From the IMG/VR virus record IMGVR_UViG_3300030376_001356, positions 1 to 42,044 of that record: DNA of 42,044 bases, one strand, 5' to 3'. The translations under genes and the position numbers were made by a program. Numbering within the stretch: position 1 is the first letter of the stretch; each line of letters opens with the position of its first letter. The DNA comes from a virus (Duplodnaviria; Caudoviricetes). Of this stretch, positions 17,501-26,415 are shown piece after piece. A model generated the notes under the pieces. That model searched no databases, was not told where the DNA came from, and was given only the letters and a program-made list of their open reading frames with translations.

Positions 17501-20500
17501 TATTTTGGTCTCTTTGATTTATAGATTACAGAAGTAGCATAAGTCTTAGCATCAGTACCTGCTGAAGAATTATCTCCTTCTAACTTTAACTTTAACCAAT
17601 GTACTTTTTTACTAGTGTCTGCTGACGCTAATTTATAAGCTCTATTTTGGTCTCCAGTAAAACTTGAAGAAACATCTTGCCCACTTACCCAGTCTGTATC
17701 TCCATCTAATTTATACTTCATAGATGTAAGTGTTCTGTGACTATTCTCTGTTTTAAAATTCCTAATCTTTTTATCTACCATAGTATTACCCATACTAATT
17801 CTTTTAGATTCCCAATACCAATCTTTACTTAATTCAGTATGTGCTAAAAACTTTGCTAACTTATTATCTTTTAATAACAGTATAGTAGAGCCATCTTTAG
17901 TAAGAGTTGTATCCATTACTTTTTGTGGTGTTTCAAATAAATCCCACCTTCTCTTTTCAAAACTATAACCCCAACATCTATGAACGGTTCCTCCTCTTGT
18001 ATAGAAGAATAAGAAAGCTTTTCTTTTAGAATCATAACCACATCTAACATCTTTCTTTTCATCTAATGTTAAGTTTAACCAACCATCGTTCTTAACATTA
18101 AGTATAGTAGAGCCTATTGGTTTTACTGATGGACTTGCTAGATAAATATTTCTATAGTCTGCCCATACTAAACCTGCATCACATATCAGAGAAGTCTTAC
18201 TATTAATACATCCTACGCCTTCAATTACATCTTCTATAAATAAGGTTTCCGGATTAACTATAGCAGTTTGATTAGTACTAAAGCAATAAACTTTACCTTG
18301 AAAGCCTATTAAACTACTTGGTATAAAGGGAAGTTCCACAAAGTCTTTTGTCCAATCAAAGATTGCAAACTTACCCGGCTGTGACCTAAGTAGATAATTT
18401 TCTGCATCTGGTATTTGAGAATGAGAACAATTAGATACAAAATGATATCCGTTTTGTTGAGCATTTACTGTATAGTTAATAGCTAAATCATATATCTTCT
18501 CACTAACTCCATTTATAGATTCATATGTTCCTTCTGCATCCCCAGTATCTCTTACTGTAAAACTTTGGTCTCCTCTAATAGAGCTATGGTTAAATTGAAA
18601 CAGAGGTATCTCTTCAACAAATCTGTATAAACCTTCTGGTTCTGTTAAGTTAGGACCACTATTAGAAATAGCTCTATATAAAGCTACTCCAGTAACTCTT
18701 TCTGATATGTTATATGTATCTTTAATTCTTATCTCTACATCAAGAGATTGGTCTATACCACCTGACTTATAAAATGAATTAGGAACACTTAACAATGGAG
18801 TCTCTTGATATCCATCATATATAAGTGATGCTTTATAAAAACATTTCTTAGCGGCTACACCAGACCAACTATCAGCGTCTCCACTTTCAGTAGGTGTTTG
18901 TATTACAAATTCTGAAACTGCTCCAGCATATTGATTTGTAAATCCGGCAGTTCCATCAAACTTTGCTTTATAATAAGCTTTTGTCTCATTACCACCATAC
19001 TTAACCCCAAATACGTGAAAGGAATCATCGGCTTGAGGATACCATTGTGTTGTGTTCCCCATACCACCAACATCTAATGTCACATTTCCGTGTTCACCCG
19101 GTCTATAACCATTCTTATCATCACCACCTGCACCTAAGACAGGTATACTCCTATATCTTCTATGGTTATTAGCCTTAGTAGCTGTATCATAAAAATTTGA
19201 GGAAAAAGCACTAGCTGTATCATTCTCATTCCAAGAAGCATAAGCGTTTGCTGATTGATAATCAGGTTCATCAATATTAGAATCACTAACTAACCAAGAA
19301 TTTGGAAACATCATTGGGTTAGCTGTATCATTTAAAGCTTGAGGTGTATTTGATTCTGTTCCAAATCTAAATGAATAAACAGCTCTATTGCCGGGTCTAA
19401 CATAATGTAATAAATGTCTTCTTCTTTTAGTACCATAAGTAGAGAATATTATTCTCCCCTTAGTTCCAAATACAGGATTCCTTGAGGGTACGTGTGTTAA
19501 TTTAATTATTCCTAGGTTCGGATTAGTACCACTAGTTTTATTCTGTTCTCCTTCACCAGCTTCATTTTCAATAGATGTTACCCAGTTAGGTATTGTAAAT
19601 GTTGAATTAGCTTTAAAAGTTCTCCATTTCTTTGCTGTAGTACCTTGTTCAGCCCAGTCTAACATATGTGGAAAGCATTTATATTTAGCTTGACCATAAT
19701 TAGAAGAGTCAACATCAATCATCCAAGTAGCCCATTTAATTGGTCTATAATTAATTTGATGAGTGCTACCTGCGTTATTAGATTGAAAAGGTCCAACACA
19801 TTCAGTTTGCCAACCGGGCATAGAGTGTGCTGTATTCTCAGTCCAAACTGTAGATACTCCTGTGTTAATTTGTCTTTGAGCATTAGTTTGAAAGCAACCA
19901 TTAGCTCCGTACCAATTCTTTGAACCCCTCTTGTCAAAATCTGGTCCTATTCTTGCTGTAAAAGATATATAAGGATTGGTTCCATAACTACCATTCTCAT
20001 TATTAAAACCAGCAAATGAGATACATCCATAGTTTAATTCTTCTGTTATCCTAGGTCTCATAGCACCAGTACCATAGTGACTTGAATGAACCATAACAAA
20101 GTCTGGCATATCAGCAGTATGAGTTGTATTGCCAATAGTTACTGACCTTTGTCCACCTGCGTGTATACATCTCTGCATATAGTACATCTCGTTACCACTT
20201 TTACTATTAGGAGATGCTGATTCAGAACTTAATTGTGGAGTAATATCATCATAATCATCGCCATCTATCTCTAAACCATTAGTTTCTAATTGAGATGTAG
20301 TGTAATCTTGAGTTCTCCATAACCAATTTGTTACAGAAACTCCATAATTTTGAGTTCTACTTCTTGCTCTTGAAAGAACTATATACCATTTAGCATATTG
20401 AGATGTTTCAGGTACTATATAAAAATCACCAAATTCATTTAGATTAGCTTCGCCATCAGGCTTCTTTAATTGAATAGTCTGATACATATTCGCCTGTTGA

Positions 20501-21468
20501 CCAATCGTGCCTCCTAGGTCAGTATTTAAGCTCCATAGGTCTATTGTACCAGCATAATCATCAGGATTCTTTTCAGGCTTTCTTAGTACAGCAAATCCAT
20601 CACAATAATTTCCATTACTTTTACCATAATATCTTTTAATTGCTATTGGAGTTGTAACGCATCCATACTCATACACTTTATTATCAATAAGGTGTTGCAC
20701 TGTTATGGAATCTTTTATAGCACCTGATGTAGCAACATTGTTTATACCAACAGCTATCTTAGCGGCATTTAAATTTCCACCTCCTCCACCACGAAGAATA
20801 ACAGACATATCATAAGCATCTGTTTGTGGATTAGAGGCTCCTTCTAATAAATCCATTGCTGGATTTGTTTTTAATTCTAATTCTGCTACACCTTCAAATC
20901 CATTATTCTTAGAATAACCTAACCATTGAGGGTGAACATCTCTACCTTTACCTATGTATAATTCTTTATTTCTTTTTTCAAGGTCAAGTATTGTTCCTGT
21001 TGGACTACCACCTATATTTAACTCATATGATTCTGCTTCTGGAGAAGAACCATCAATATTATTTATAGTTGCTACTCTACCTGTACCAGAGCTTATTGCA
21101 ATTAAATGTCTTTCATCTCCAACATCAATAGTTTCTATATGGTCAAATTGAGCACTATCATCTAACTTAACATCAGCTTGTGTGCTAAATACCCACTTAT
21201 CTCCGGGAGAATAAGAAGTAGCACTTGTTCTAGTAAACTTTACATATACTCCAGTAGAACCTAATTGTATAGCAGAACCAACTGCTAAAGTAATAGCAGT
21301 ATTATAATCTCCCCAATCTGCTGAACCATCTGCTGGTTTACTTCTATAATACCATTCTTCGCTACCATTATTACCCGTTACTTTAACTTCAAAAGTAGTA
21401 GCTTCAGTTACAGTAGGAGTTCCTGATACTTCAAAATAATTTCTATTAAATGGTGCGACTGCTGGCAA
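17500..21468 (-). CDS. Tail nozzle/stabilization protein-like (probable beta-propeller) with large insertion domains
   Basis: 1322 aa, beta-rich; C-terminal VGCINSKT..LVWADYRNIY..WGYSF..WESKRISMG pattern typical of podovirus tail tubular B/gp10-like proteins; precedes ejection proteins; GGAG plus TTG start. Confidence 0.6.
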   Translation of the reverse strand: MPAVAPFNRNYFEVSGTPTVTEATTFEVKVTGNNGSEEWYYRSKPADGSADWGDYNTAITLAVGSAIQLGSTGVYVKFTRTSATSYSPGDKWVFSTQADVKLDDSAQFDHIETIDVGDERHLIAISSGTGRVATINNIDGSSPEAESYELNIGGSPTGTILDLEKRNKELYIGKGRDVHPQWLGYSKNNGFEGVAELELKTNPAMDLLEGASNPQTDAYDMSVILRGGGGGNLNAAKIAVGINNVATSGAIKDSITVQHLIDNKVYEYGCVTTPIAIKRYYGKSNGNYCDGFAVLRKPEKNPDDYAGTIDLWSLNTDLGGTIGQQANMYQTIQLKKPDGEANLNEFGDFYIVPETSQYAKWYIVLSRARSRTQNYGVSVTNWLWRTQDYTTSQLETNGLEIDGDDYDDITPQLSSESASPNSKSGNEMYYMQRCIHAGGQRSVTIGNTTHTADMPDFVMVHSSHYGTGAMRPRITEELNYGCISFAGFNNENGSYGTNPYISFTARIGPDFDKRGSKNWYGANGCFQTNAQRQINTGVSTVWTENTAHSMPGWQTECVGPFQSNNAGSTHQINYRPIKWATWMIDVDSSNYGQAKYKCFPHMLDWAEQGTTAKKWRTFKANSTFTIPNWVTSIENEAGEGEQNKTSGTNPNLGIIKLTHVPSRNPVFGTKGRIIFSTYGTKRRRHLLHYVRPGNRAVYSFRFGTESNTPQALNDTANPMMFPNSWLVSDSNIDEPDYQSANAYASWNENDTASAFSSNFYDTATKANNHRRYRSIPVLGAGGDDKNGYRPGEHGNVTLDVGGMGNTTQWYPQADDSFHVFGVKYGGNETKAYYKAKFDGTAGFTNQYAGAVSEFVIQTPTESGDADSWSGVAAKKCFYKASLIYDGYQETPLLSVPNSFYKSGGIDQSLDVEIRIKDTYNISERVTGVALYRAISNSGPNLTEPEGLYRFVEEIPLFQFNHSSIRGDQSFTVRDTGDAEGTYESINGVSEKIYDLAINYTVNAQQNGYHFVSNCSHSQIPDAENYLLRSQPGKFAIFDWTKDFVELPFIPSSLIGFQGKVYCFSTNQTAIVNPETLFIEDVIEGVGCINSKTSLICDAGLVWADYRNIYLASPSVKPIGSTILNVKNDGWLNLTLDEKKDVRCGYDSKRKAFLFFYTRGGTVHRCWGYSFEKRRWDLFETPQKVMDTTLTKDGSTILLLKDNKLAKFLAHTELSKDWYWESKRISMGNTMVDKKIRNFKTENSHRTLTSMKYKLDGDTDWVSGQDVSSSFTGDQNRAYKLASADTSKKVHWLKLKLEGDNSSAGTDAKTYATSVIYKSKRPK

Positions 21469-21471
21469 AAT

Positions 21472-21744
21472 CTACTCCGTTTGTCGCTGATGTTGATAAG
21501 CAGTAGTCGCTTGCTCTTGAGTAGTGTAAGCACTAGGTCGAGTATATTGTACTGCTGAAAAGTTATTTTGAAATCCTGTATCTTTCAATACCTGTACCTC
21601 TGGTATCCCTTTTAATTCTCCATCATTAAGAGGGTCTACATTTAAAGCGTTACTAGCGGCACTAGCTGGAATATCAAACTCATCTATTGGGTCAGATATT
21701 ATACCTGCTGAAAAGGTATTGATTTCATATATTTGTTTAGGCAT
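21472..21744 (-). CDS. Small protein resembling the N-terminus of podovirus nozzle proteins
   Basis: MPKQIYEINTFSAGI...NVDP..GEL; same frame as the downstream 1322-aa ORF. Confidence 0.6.
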   Translation of the reverse strand: MPKQIYEINTFSAGIISDPIDEFDIPASAASNALNVDPLNDGELKGIPEVQVLKDTGFQNNFSAVQYTRPSAYTTQEQATTAYQHQRQTE

Positions 21745-22528
21745 TTAAGATTTTCCCCCATAAGGAAGTTCTCCCGTCAATAATATTGACCACGTGGACC
21801 GTAAAATCTCCGTCAGCAAAGTAATCAACGACAGCAAAAGCGTGTTGCCAATTAGTTTGTCTATTACCAAGCCATTTGTTTTTTTCATCCGACATATCCT
21901 TCAAGCAACCTATCGACCACGCAGACTTTGGTCCGTCTATGTGCGTAACGCTTGCCATTTGTAAATCGTGATGGTGTCCGTACATTATGTTGCACCCTAG
22001 ACGAAGAAGATGATTTCTTGCGTGGGCGATTCCTCCATAATGATTTCCGTGATAGAACCATAACTTACCTATTTGTAAATACTTTCCATTCTCGTGGTAT
22101 TCATAACCACGTTGTTCCAATAATAAAGCGTCCGGGACTGTAAGACCTTGTAGATAGGGGTTTTCTTCAGAAAAGCTGTTGAGCCATTGTTCGTGGTTTC
22201 CTTCCACGAAATGTCTTTCTTTAACATTGACTTTATCCAAAGCTTCGTCCAGAATGTCCATACCTTTATTAACAGCACCGATGTCTTCGTATACTCTCGG
22301 CAGTTGATACTCCAACGGAGGACGCTTCCTCTTTTTCCACTGCCAATGGCTGACGCTACTAAACTCTCCGCTATCACCAAGGTCAACGTAAAAGTCTGGT
22401 TTGATAATTTGAATTGCTTGGCATACCACGCTGATAGCTTTTGCATCGTGTAACGGAAAATGCTTATCTGGTGTAATGATGCCACGCTTAACTACTCCCT
22501 TATCTAATTTGGTTGTTGATGTTCCCAT
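21737..22528 (-). CDS. Calcineurin-like metallophosphoesterase
   Basis: PDKH, DLGD, GNHE, YHG, GHHH motifs. Confidence 0.9.
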   Translation of the reverse strand: MGTSTTKLDKGVVKRGIITPDKHFPLHDAKAISVVCQAIQIIKPDFYVDLGDSGEFSSVSHWQWKKRKRPPLEYQLPRVYEDIGAVNKGMDILDEALDKVNVKERHFVEGNHEQWLNSFSEENPYLQGLTVPDALLLEQRGYEYHENGKYLQIGKLWFYHGNHYGGIAHARNHLLRLGCNIMYGHHHDLQMASVTHIDGPKSAWSIGCLKDMSDEKNKWLGNRQTNWQHAFAVVDYFADGDFTVHVVNIIDGRTSLWGKILNA

Positions 22529-22812
22529 ATATTTTCTAACCCCTCTAAATCAATGTGTAAATTACTCGTCTTAGACAAGTGCTTTACGGTTGTTTGTTTT
22601 GTGAACCTTAACATCTTTTCTCCACAAGACTCACATTCCCAGAAAAGTGTACCATCATATGCGGCAATGACCTCAATGCCGAATACAGTGTCTTTTGATG
22701 AACAATAAGGGCATACTTCAGGTGGCTCTTTCTTCCACCTTTTAGTTCCTTTAATCTCTAGATTATTGAATATTTCTATACCGCTAATGCTCTTCGATAC
22801 CATCCGTACCAA
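22504..22812 (-). CDS. Zinc-ribbon protein
   Basis: CPYC...WECESC; start codon uncertain. Confidence 0.7.
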   Translation of the reverse strand: MVRMVSKSISGIEIFNNLEIKGTKRWKKEPPEVCPYCSSKDTVFGIEVIAAYDGTLFWECESCGEKMLRFTKQTTVKHLSKTSNLHIDLEGLENIWEHQQPN

Positions 22813-23249
22813 TACTTTTCTAGTTTCGGTTTTCTATTAATAAGGTCAGCGTAATACTTTACTCTATAACTACGCAACCTATCTTTTTCTAAACCTGATT
22901 TTAAAGAAGCTTGTATTGTTCTAGGTCCTATGCCTCCATCTATAGCAATCTTCATACCCTTACCACATATAGCGGCTTGTAATACTTTTACTGCTCTAGA
23001 TTTCCCCATATTAACAACCATATCAAAATAGATATGCTGTAATTCCTCAGGTAGCTTTGAACATTTACCTTTTAACCAATAGTCTTTAAAGTAAATGTCC
23101 TTTGCGTCTTTCTCTGTTAACTCCTTAATATTTAAAAAAGGGTACGCCTTTTTAGAGATACCCATATTAGTTTCACCACCGGGGTCAACAGGGTCGTTTA
23201 CATAACCACCCTCGTGTTTAAGAACGTGCTTTACGGCTTCTTCAAACAT
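22776..23249 (-). CDS. Endolysin, glycoside hydrolase family 108 with C-terminal peptidoglycan-binding domain
   Basis: HEGGYVNDPVDPGGETNMGI motif; DGGIGPRT; GWYRR C-terminus. Confidence 0.93.
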   Translation of the reverse strand: MFEEAVKHVLKHEGGYVNDPVDPGGETNMGISKKAYPFLNIKELTEKDAKDIYFKDYWLKGKCSKLPEELQHIYFDMVVNMGKSRAVKVLQAAICGKGMKIAIDGGIGPRTIQASLKSGLEKDRLRSYRVKYYADLINRKPKLEKYWYGWYRRALAV

Positions 23250-23474
23250 CTACTTCTTAAACATTCCTTCGATAATATCTGTTACTACATCAACACACTT
23301 TTCAAAGAAGATTTGTTCTTTCTCTTCTGATACGAAAGGTATATCAATCTTTTTATTAATGGCAGATGCAATCTTAGAAGCCATATCTTCGCTTCCTAAT
23401 TCATCCATCATTTTATCCTTCATAGAATCAGCTTGTTTTTCAGCTAACTCTAACATCATTGCTTTTATGTCCAT
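23250..23474 (-). CDS. Hypothetical protein in lysis cassette
   Basis: 74 aa, INKKIDIPFVSEEKEQ; GGAG SD. Confidence 0.75.
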   Translation of the reverse strand: MDIKAMMLELAEKQADSMKDKMMDELGSEDMASKIASAINKKIDIPFVSEEKEQIFFEKCVDVVTDIIEGMFKK

Positions 23475-23624
23475 TTACTTCTCTCCCTTTATTCTCTTTG
23501 TTTTTAAGTATAAGTAATAAATTTGTACTGCAAACATTATGCACATTAATATACCAGATAGTAAATCAGTCCAGTATACAAATCCTAATCCTGTTGTCAT
23601 TCCTGTAACCCTTAAACTATCCAT
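23475..23624 (-). CDS. Small membrane protein, holin-like (49 aa, not in ORF track)
   Basis: Manual translation MDSLRVTGMTTGLGFVYWTDLLSGILMCIMFAVQIYYLYLKTKRIKGEK; TAATG coupling; fills the gap exactly; basic C-tail. Confidence 0.75.
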   Translation of the reverse strand: MDSLRVTGMTTGLGFVYWTDLLSGILMCIMFAVQIYYLYLKTKRIKGEK

Positions 23625-23944
23625 TAATGTTTTCCATTTACTCTGCTTAAGCTTCCTTTTATTTCAGAAACTTGGTTATCTAGGTCATTAATCTCTTTAG
23701 TTATGGCATCAAATTTCCTATCAAGCTTATCATCGGATTGATTCCAACGACCAATAAGTTTAATAATCATACCTTCCATATTCTCAAGAGTCTCACTCTG
23801 ACCTCTATTTTCTATTTTCAGTTTTTCTAGGGCTTCAGCCTGTTCGGTGGCTCTCTTGTTCATACTATAGACCATATAGACAAACATAGCTCCGACTACG
23901 CCAATCATTCCCGCTTCTGAATATACTGCTAAAAAGTCCATCAT
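23624..23944 (-). CDS. Holin-like protein (N-terminal TM helix plus coiled coil)
   Basis: AGMIGVVGAMFVYMVY TM segment then heptad repeats; upstream of endolysin; GAGGT SD. Confidence 0.6.
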   Translation of the reverse strand: MMDFLAVYSEAGMIGVVGAMFVYMVYSMNKRATEQAEALEKLKIENRGQSETLENMEGMIIKLIGRWNQSDDKLDRKFDAITKEINDLDNQVSEIKGSLSRVNGKH

Positions 23945-23952
23945 ACCTCGGT

Positions 23953-24273
23953 TTATTTCTTTTTACGTCCCCAATTTAATGGATTTAGTTCAAGTGAAGA
24001 TTTATACCACTTTTGTATCTCTTCTAATTCTGCTTCGTGCTTCGCCTCTAATTTAGTAATTCTTTCTGATAAAAACTCAAGCTCTCTTGCAATATTTGCA
24101 AGTTGTGTTTCAATACTAACGTATGAATACACAAGCGTACCTGTAAGAACAAGCAACTGAATAAGCCACTTAATGTTAAGGTGAACGCTGAAATTATCAT
24201 CAATTCTGTCCACTTTGTACGACCTCGCAAGATTGGATTTACTCATTCTCCTTAGGCTCTGGTATACCTGCAA
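23953..24273 (-). CDS. Membrane protein with coiled coil (lysis accessory?)
   Basis: WLIQLLVLTGTLVYSYV TM segment plus coiled coil; start probably at 24246. Confidence 0.6.
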   Translation of the reverse strand: MQVYQSLRRMSKSNLARSYKVDRIDDNFSVHLNIKWLIQLLVLTGTLVYSYVSIETQLANIARELEFLSERITKLEAKHEAELEEIQKWYKSSLELNPLNWGRKKK

Positions 24274-24433
24274 TATCTCTACAAAAGTTAATTACTTTAC
24301 AATAGTGTTCTACTTGCACGTCTCCGTAGCTTTTAGGATAAAGCTGGTCTATCGCTTGTTTTGCATTTTTAACATTATCTTCTAGCTTTGCTTCAAGCTC
24401 TTTTACTTTTTCTTCTAATTCTGCTTTTAACAT
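24239..24433 (-). CDS. Small coiled-coil hypothetical protein (possible fibre chaperone)
   Basis: 64 aa; strong AGGAGG SD. Confidence 0.7.
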   Translation of the reverse strand: MLKAELEEKVKELEAKLEDNVKNAKQAIDQLYPKSYGDVQVEHYCKVINFCRDIAGIPEPKENE

Positions 24434-24441
24434 ACTACCTC

Positions 24442-26415
24442 CTATTTAAACCCTGTTATCAACCCATTAGTTACTTGAATTTCTTTTGTAGCTCCTTTAG
24501 TAGTAGTAAGGAATGACTGTTTACCACTAAAGCTACCACTTCCTGCCGGTCCTGTAGGTCCCGGTGGTCCGTCTGCCCCTGTCGGTCCAGTCGGTCCTGC
24601 TGGTCCCGCTGGTCCGGCTGGTCCCGCTGGACCTGCTCCACCTGTGCTACCTGTACTACCTTTAGGTCCTGCTGGACCTGCTGGTCCTGCCGGTCCGGTT
24701 CCACCAGTATTACCTGTGTCACCTTTAGCACCCGTAGGTCCCGGTCCACCATCACTACCATTACTACCTGCCGCTCCAGTACTACCAGTCGGTCCCGGAG
24801 GTCCGGGAGGTCCCGGGCTTCCATCATCTCCGTCACCACCTGCTGGACCAGTGCCACCTGAAGGACCCGGAGGTCCCGGTGGACCTGCAACTGTGCTATC
24901 AGCACCCGGAGGTCCTGTTGGTCCAGCTACAGTACTATTCGCACCGGCTGGACCTGCTGGACCCGGAGGTCCTGCTACCGTACTATCAGCTCCTGCTGGA
25001 CCGGTAGGTCCTGCAACTGAACTTGGGGAACCATCAGAGCCCGGAGGTCCTGCTGGTCCTGTTGGTCCTGCAACTCCTTGGGGTCCTGTACCACCAGTTG
25101 CACCTGTTGGTCCTGTAGGACCTTCTAAACCTTTTAATTGTGCTGTTGTAAAATCTGAATAAGTAAAGGCATCACCCTTAGCTCCAGTAGTTCCAGTTGG
25201 TCCAGTTCCTCCTTGAGCACCTGTATCACCAGTATCTCCCTTATCGCCTTTAGCTCCTTGTGGTCCAGTAGGACCTGCGACTGTTGAGTCTGCACCTGCT
25301 GGTCCAGTAGCTCCGGTGTCTCCCTTAGTACCTTTATCACCTTTTGGTCCTTGCGAACCAGTTGAACCTGTATCCCCTTTATCACCTTTTGCTCCTGTAG
25401 GACCGGCTACTGTACTAGGAGAACCTGCTGTACCTGTTGGTCCAGTATCACCTTTAGCTCCAGTATCTCCTTTACTACCAGTAGGTCCTGCAATTCCTTG
25501 TGGACCTTGAGGTCCTGTGGGTCCGGCTACTGTTGAATCTGCTCCAGCAGGTCCTTGTGAACCTGTGTCTCCTTTAGAGCCGGTATCTCCCTTAGTTCCT
25601 TGTGGTCCTGTAGGTCCGTCATCGCCTTTTGCTCCGGCAGGTCCCTGAGGACCAGTTGGACCATCATCACCTTTTAAACCTTGAGGACCTTGTGGACCAG
25701 TCGGTCCAGCTACACCTTGAGGTCCTGTTGCTCCGGTTGGTCCGGTAGCTCCTGTATTACCTTTAGCACTTAAAACTGACCAATAAGTTGCATTAGGTGG
25801 TGTATTATTCTTACTAGCTTTTATACAAATATATGAAGTTCCACTATAAATAACAGCATCATCTACTGAATAATTTGTTGAACTACTCCAAGTACCTTCC
25901 CATACTAAACCTTCTGGACCTACACTTCCAGTAGGACCCGTTGGACCAGTACCACCTTGAGGTCCGGTAGGACCTGTTGGTCCCTCTGGACCCGTAGGAC
26001 CTGCTATTCCTTGAGGTCCTTGTGAGCCTGTTCCACCTTTAATACCTTGAGGACCTGCTGGTCCTGTTGCACCAGTATCTCCTTTAGCACCGTCAGGACC
26101 TGTGGGACCTGCTGGTCCTGCTGGACCTGTAGGACCTGTAGCCCCATCATCTCCAGCTTTACCTGTTCCACCAGTAGGACCTTGTGCTCCAGTAGCTCCT
26201 TGTGGACCAGTTGGTCCGGGAGTTAATGAAATATTATCTACTTCATCTACAATTTCATCAGTCTTAGTCATCAACTTATTGATAACAGCAGACTCTATAC
26301 TATCATCGTGGTCATCTCTCCAATCTTCAAGTTCTGATAACTTATCTTTAATATCAGCATCACTTATCTCTGTGAAAGACTTTTCCTTAATTGTTGCAAA
26401 TTTCTTAACAGCCAT
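24442..26415 (-). CDS. Collagen-like tail fibre/spike protein
   Basis: Long Gly-X-Y tracts ([15 protein letters not shown]), an inserted [26 protein letters not shown] module, N-terminal coiled coil. Confidence 0.9.
   Translation of the reverse strand: MAVKKFATIKEKSFTEISDADIKDKLSELEDWRDDHDDSIESAVINKLMTKTDEIVDEVDNISLTPGPTGPQGATGAQGPTGGTGKAGDDGATGPTGPAGPAGPTGPDGAKGDTGATGPAGPQGIKGGTGSQGPQGIAGPTGPEGPTGPTGPQGGTGPTGPTGSVGPEGLVWEGTWSSSTNYSVDDAVIYSGTSYICIKASKNNTPPNATYWSVLSAKGNTGATGPTGATGPQGVAGPTGPQGPQGLKGDDGPTGPQGPAGAKGDDGPTGPQGTKGDTGSKGDTGSQGPAGADSTVAGPTGPQGPQGIAGPTGSKGDTGAKGDTGPTGTAGSPSTVAGPTGAKGDKGDTGSTGSQGPKGDKGTKGDTGATGPAGADSTVAGPTGPQGAKGDKGDTGDTGAQGGTGPTGTTGAKGDAFTYSDFTTAQLKGLEGPTGPTGATGGTGPQGVAGPTGPAGPPGSDGSPSSVAGPTGPAGADSTVAGPPGPAGPAGANSTVAGPTGPPGADSTVAGPPGPPGPSGGTGPAGGDGDDGSPGPPGPPGPTGSTGAAGSNGSDGGPGPTGAKGDTGNTGGTGPAGPAGPAGPKGSTGSTGGAGPAGPAGPAGPAGPTGPTGADGPPGPTGPAGSGSFSGKQSFLTTTKGATKEIQVTNGLITGFK

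Noticed and set aside
23247-23477. In-frame stop-ATG junctions (TAA ATG at 23475, TAG ATG at 23250) as readthrough fusions
   Set aside because: Each downstream gene has its own ATG and the endolysin begins at its normal family N-terminus; ordinary tight packing
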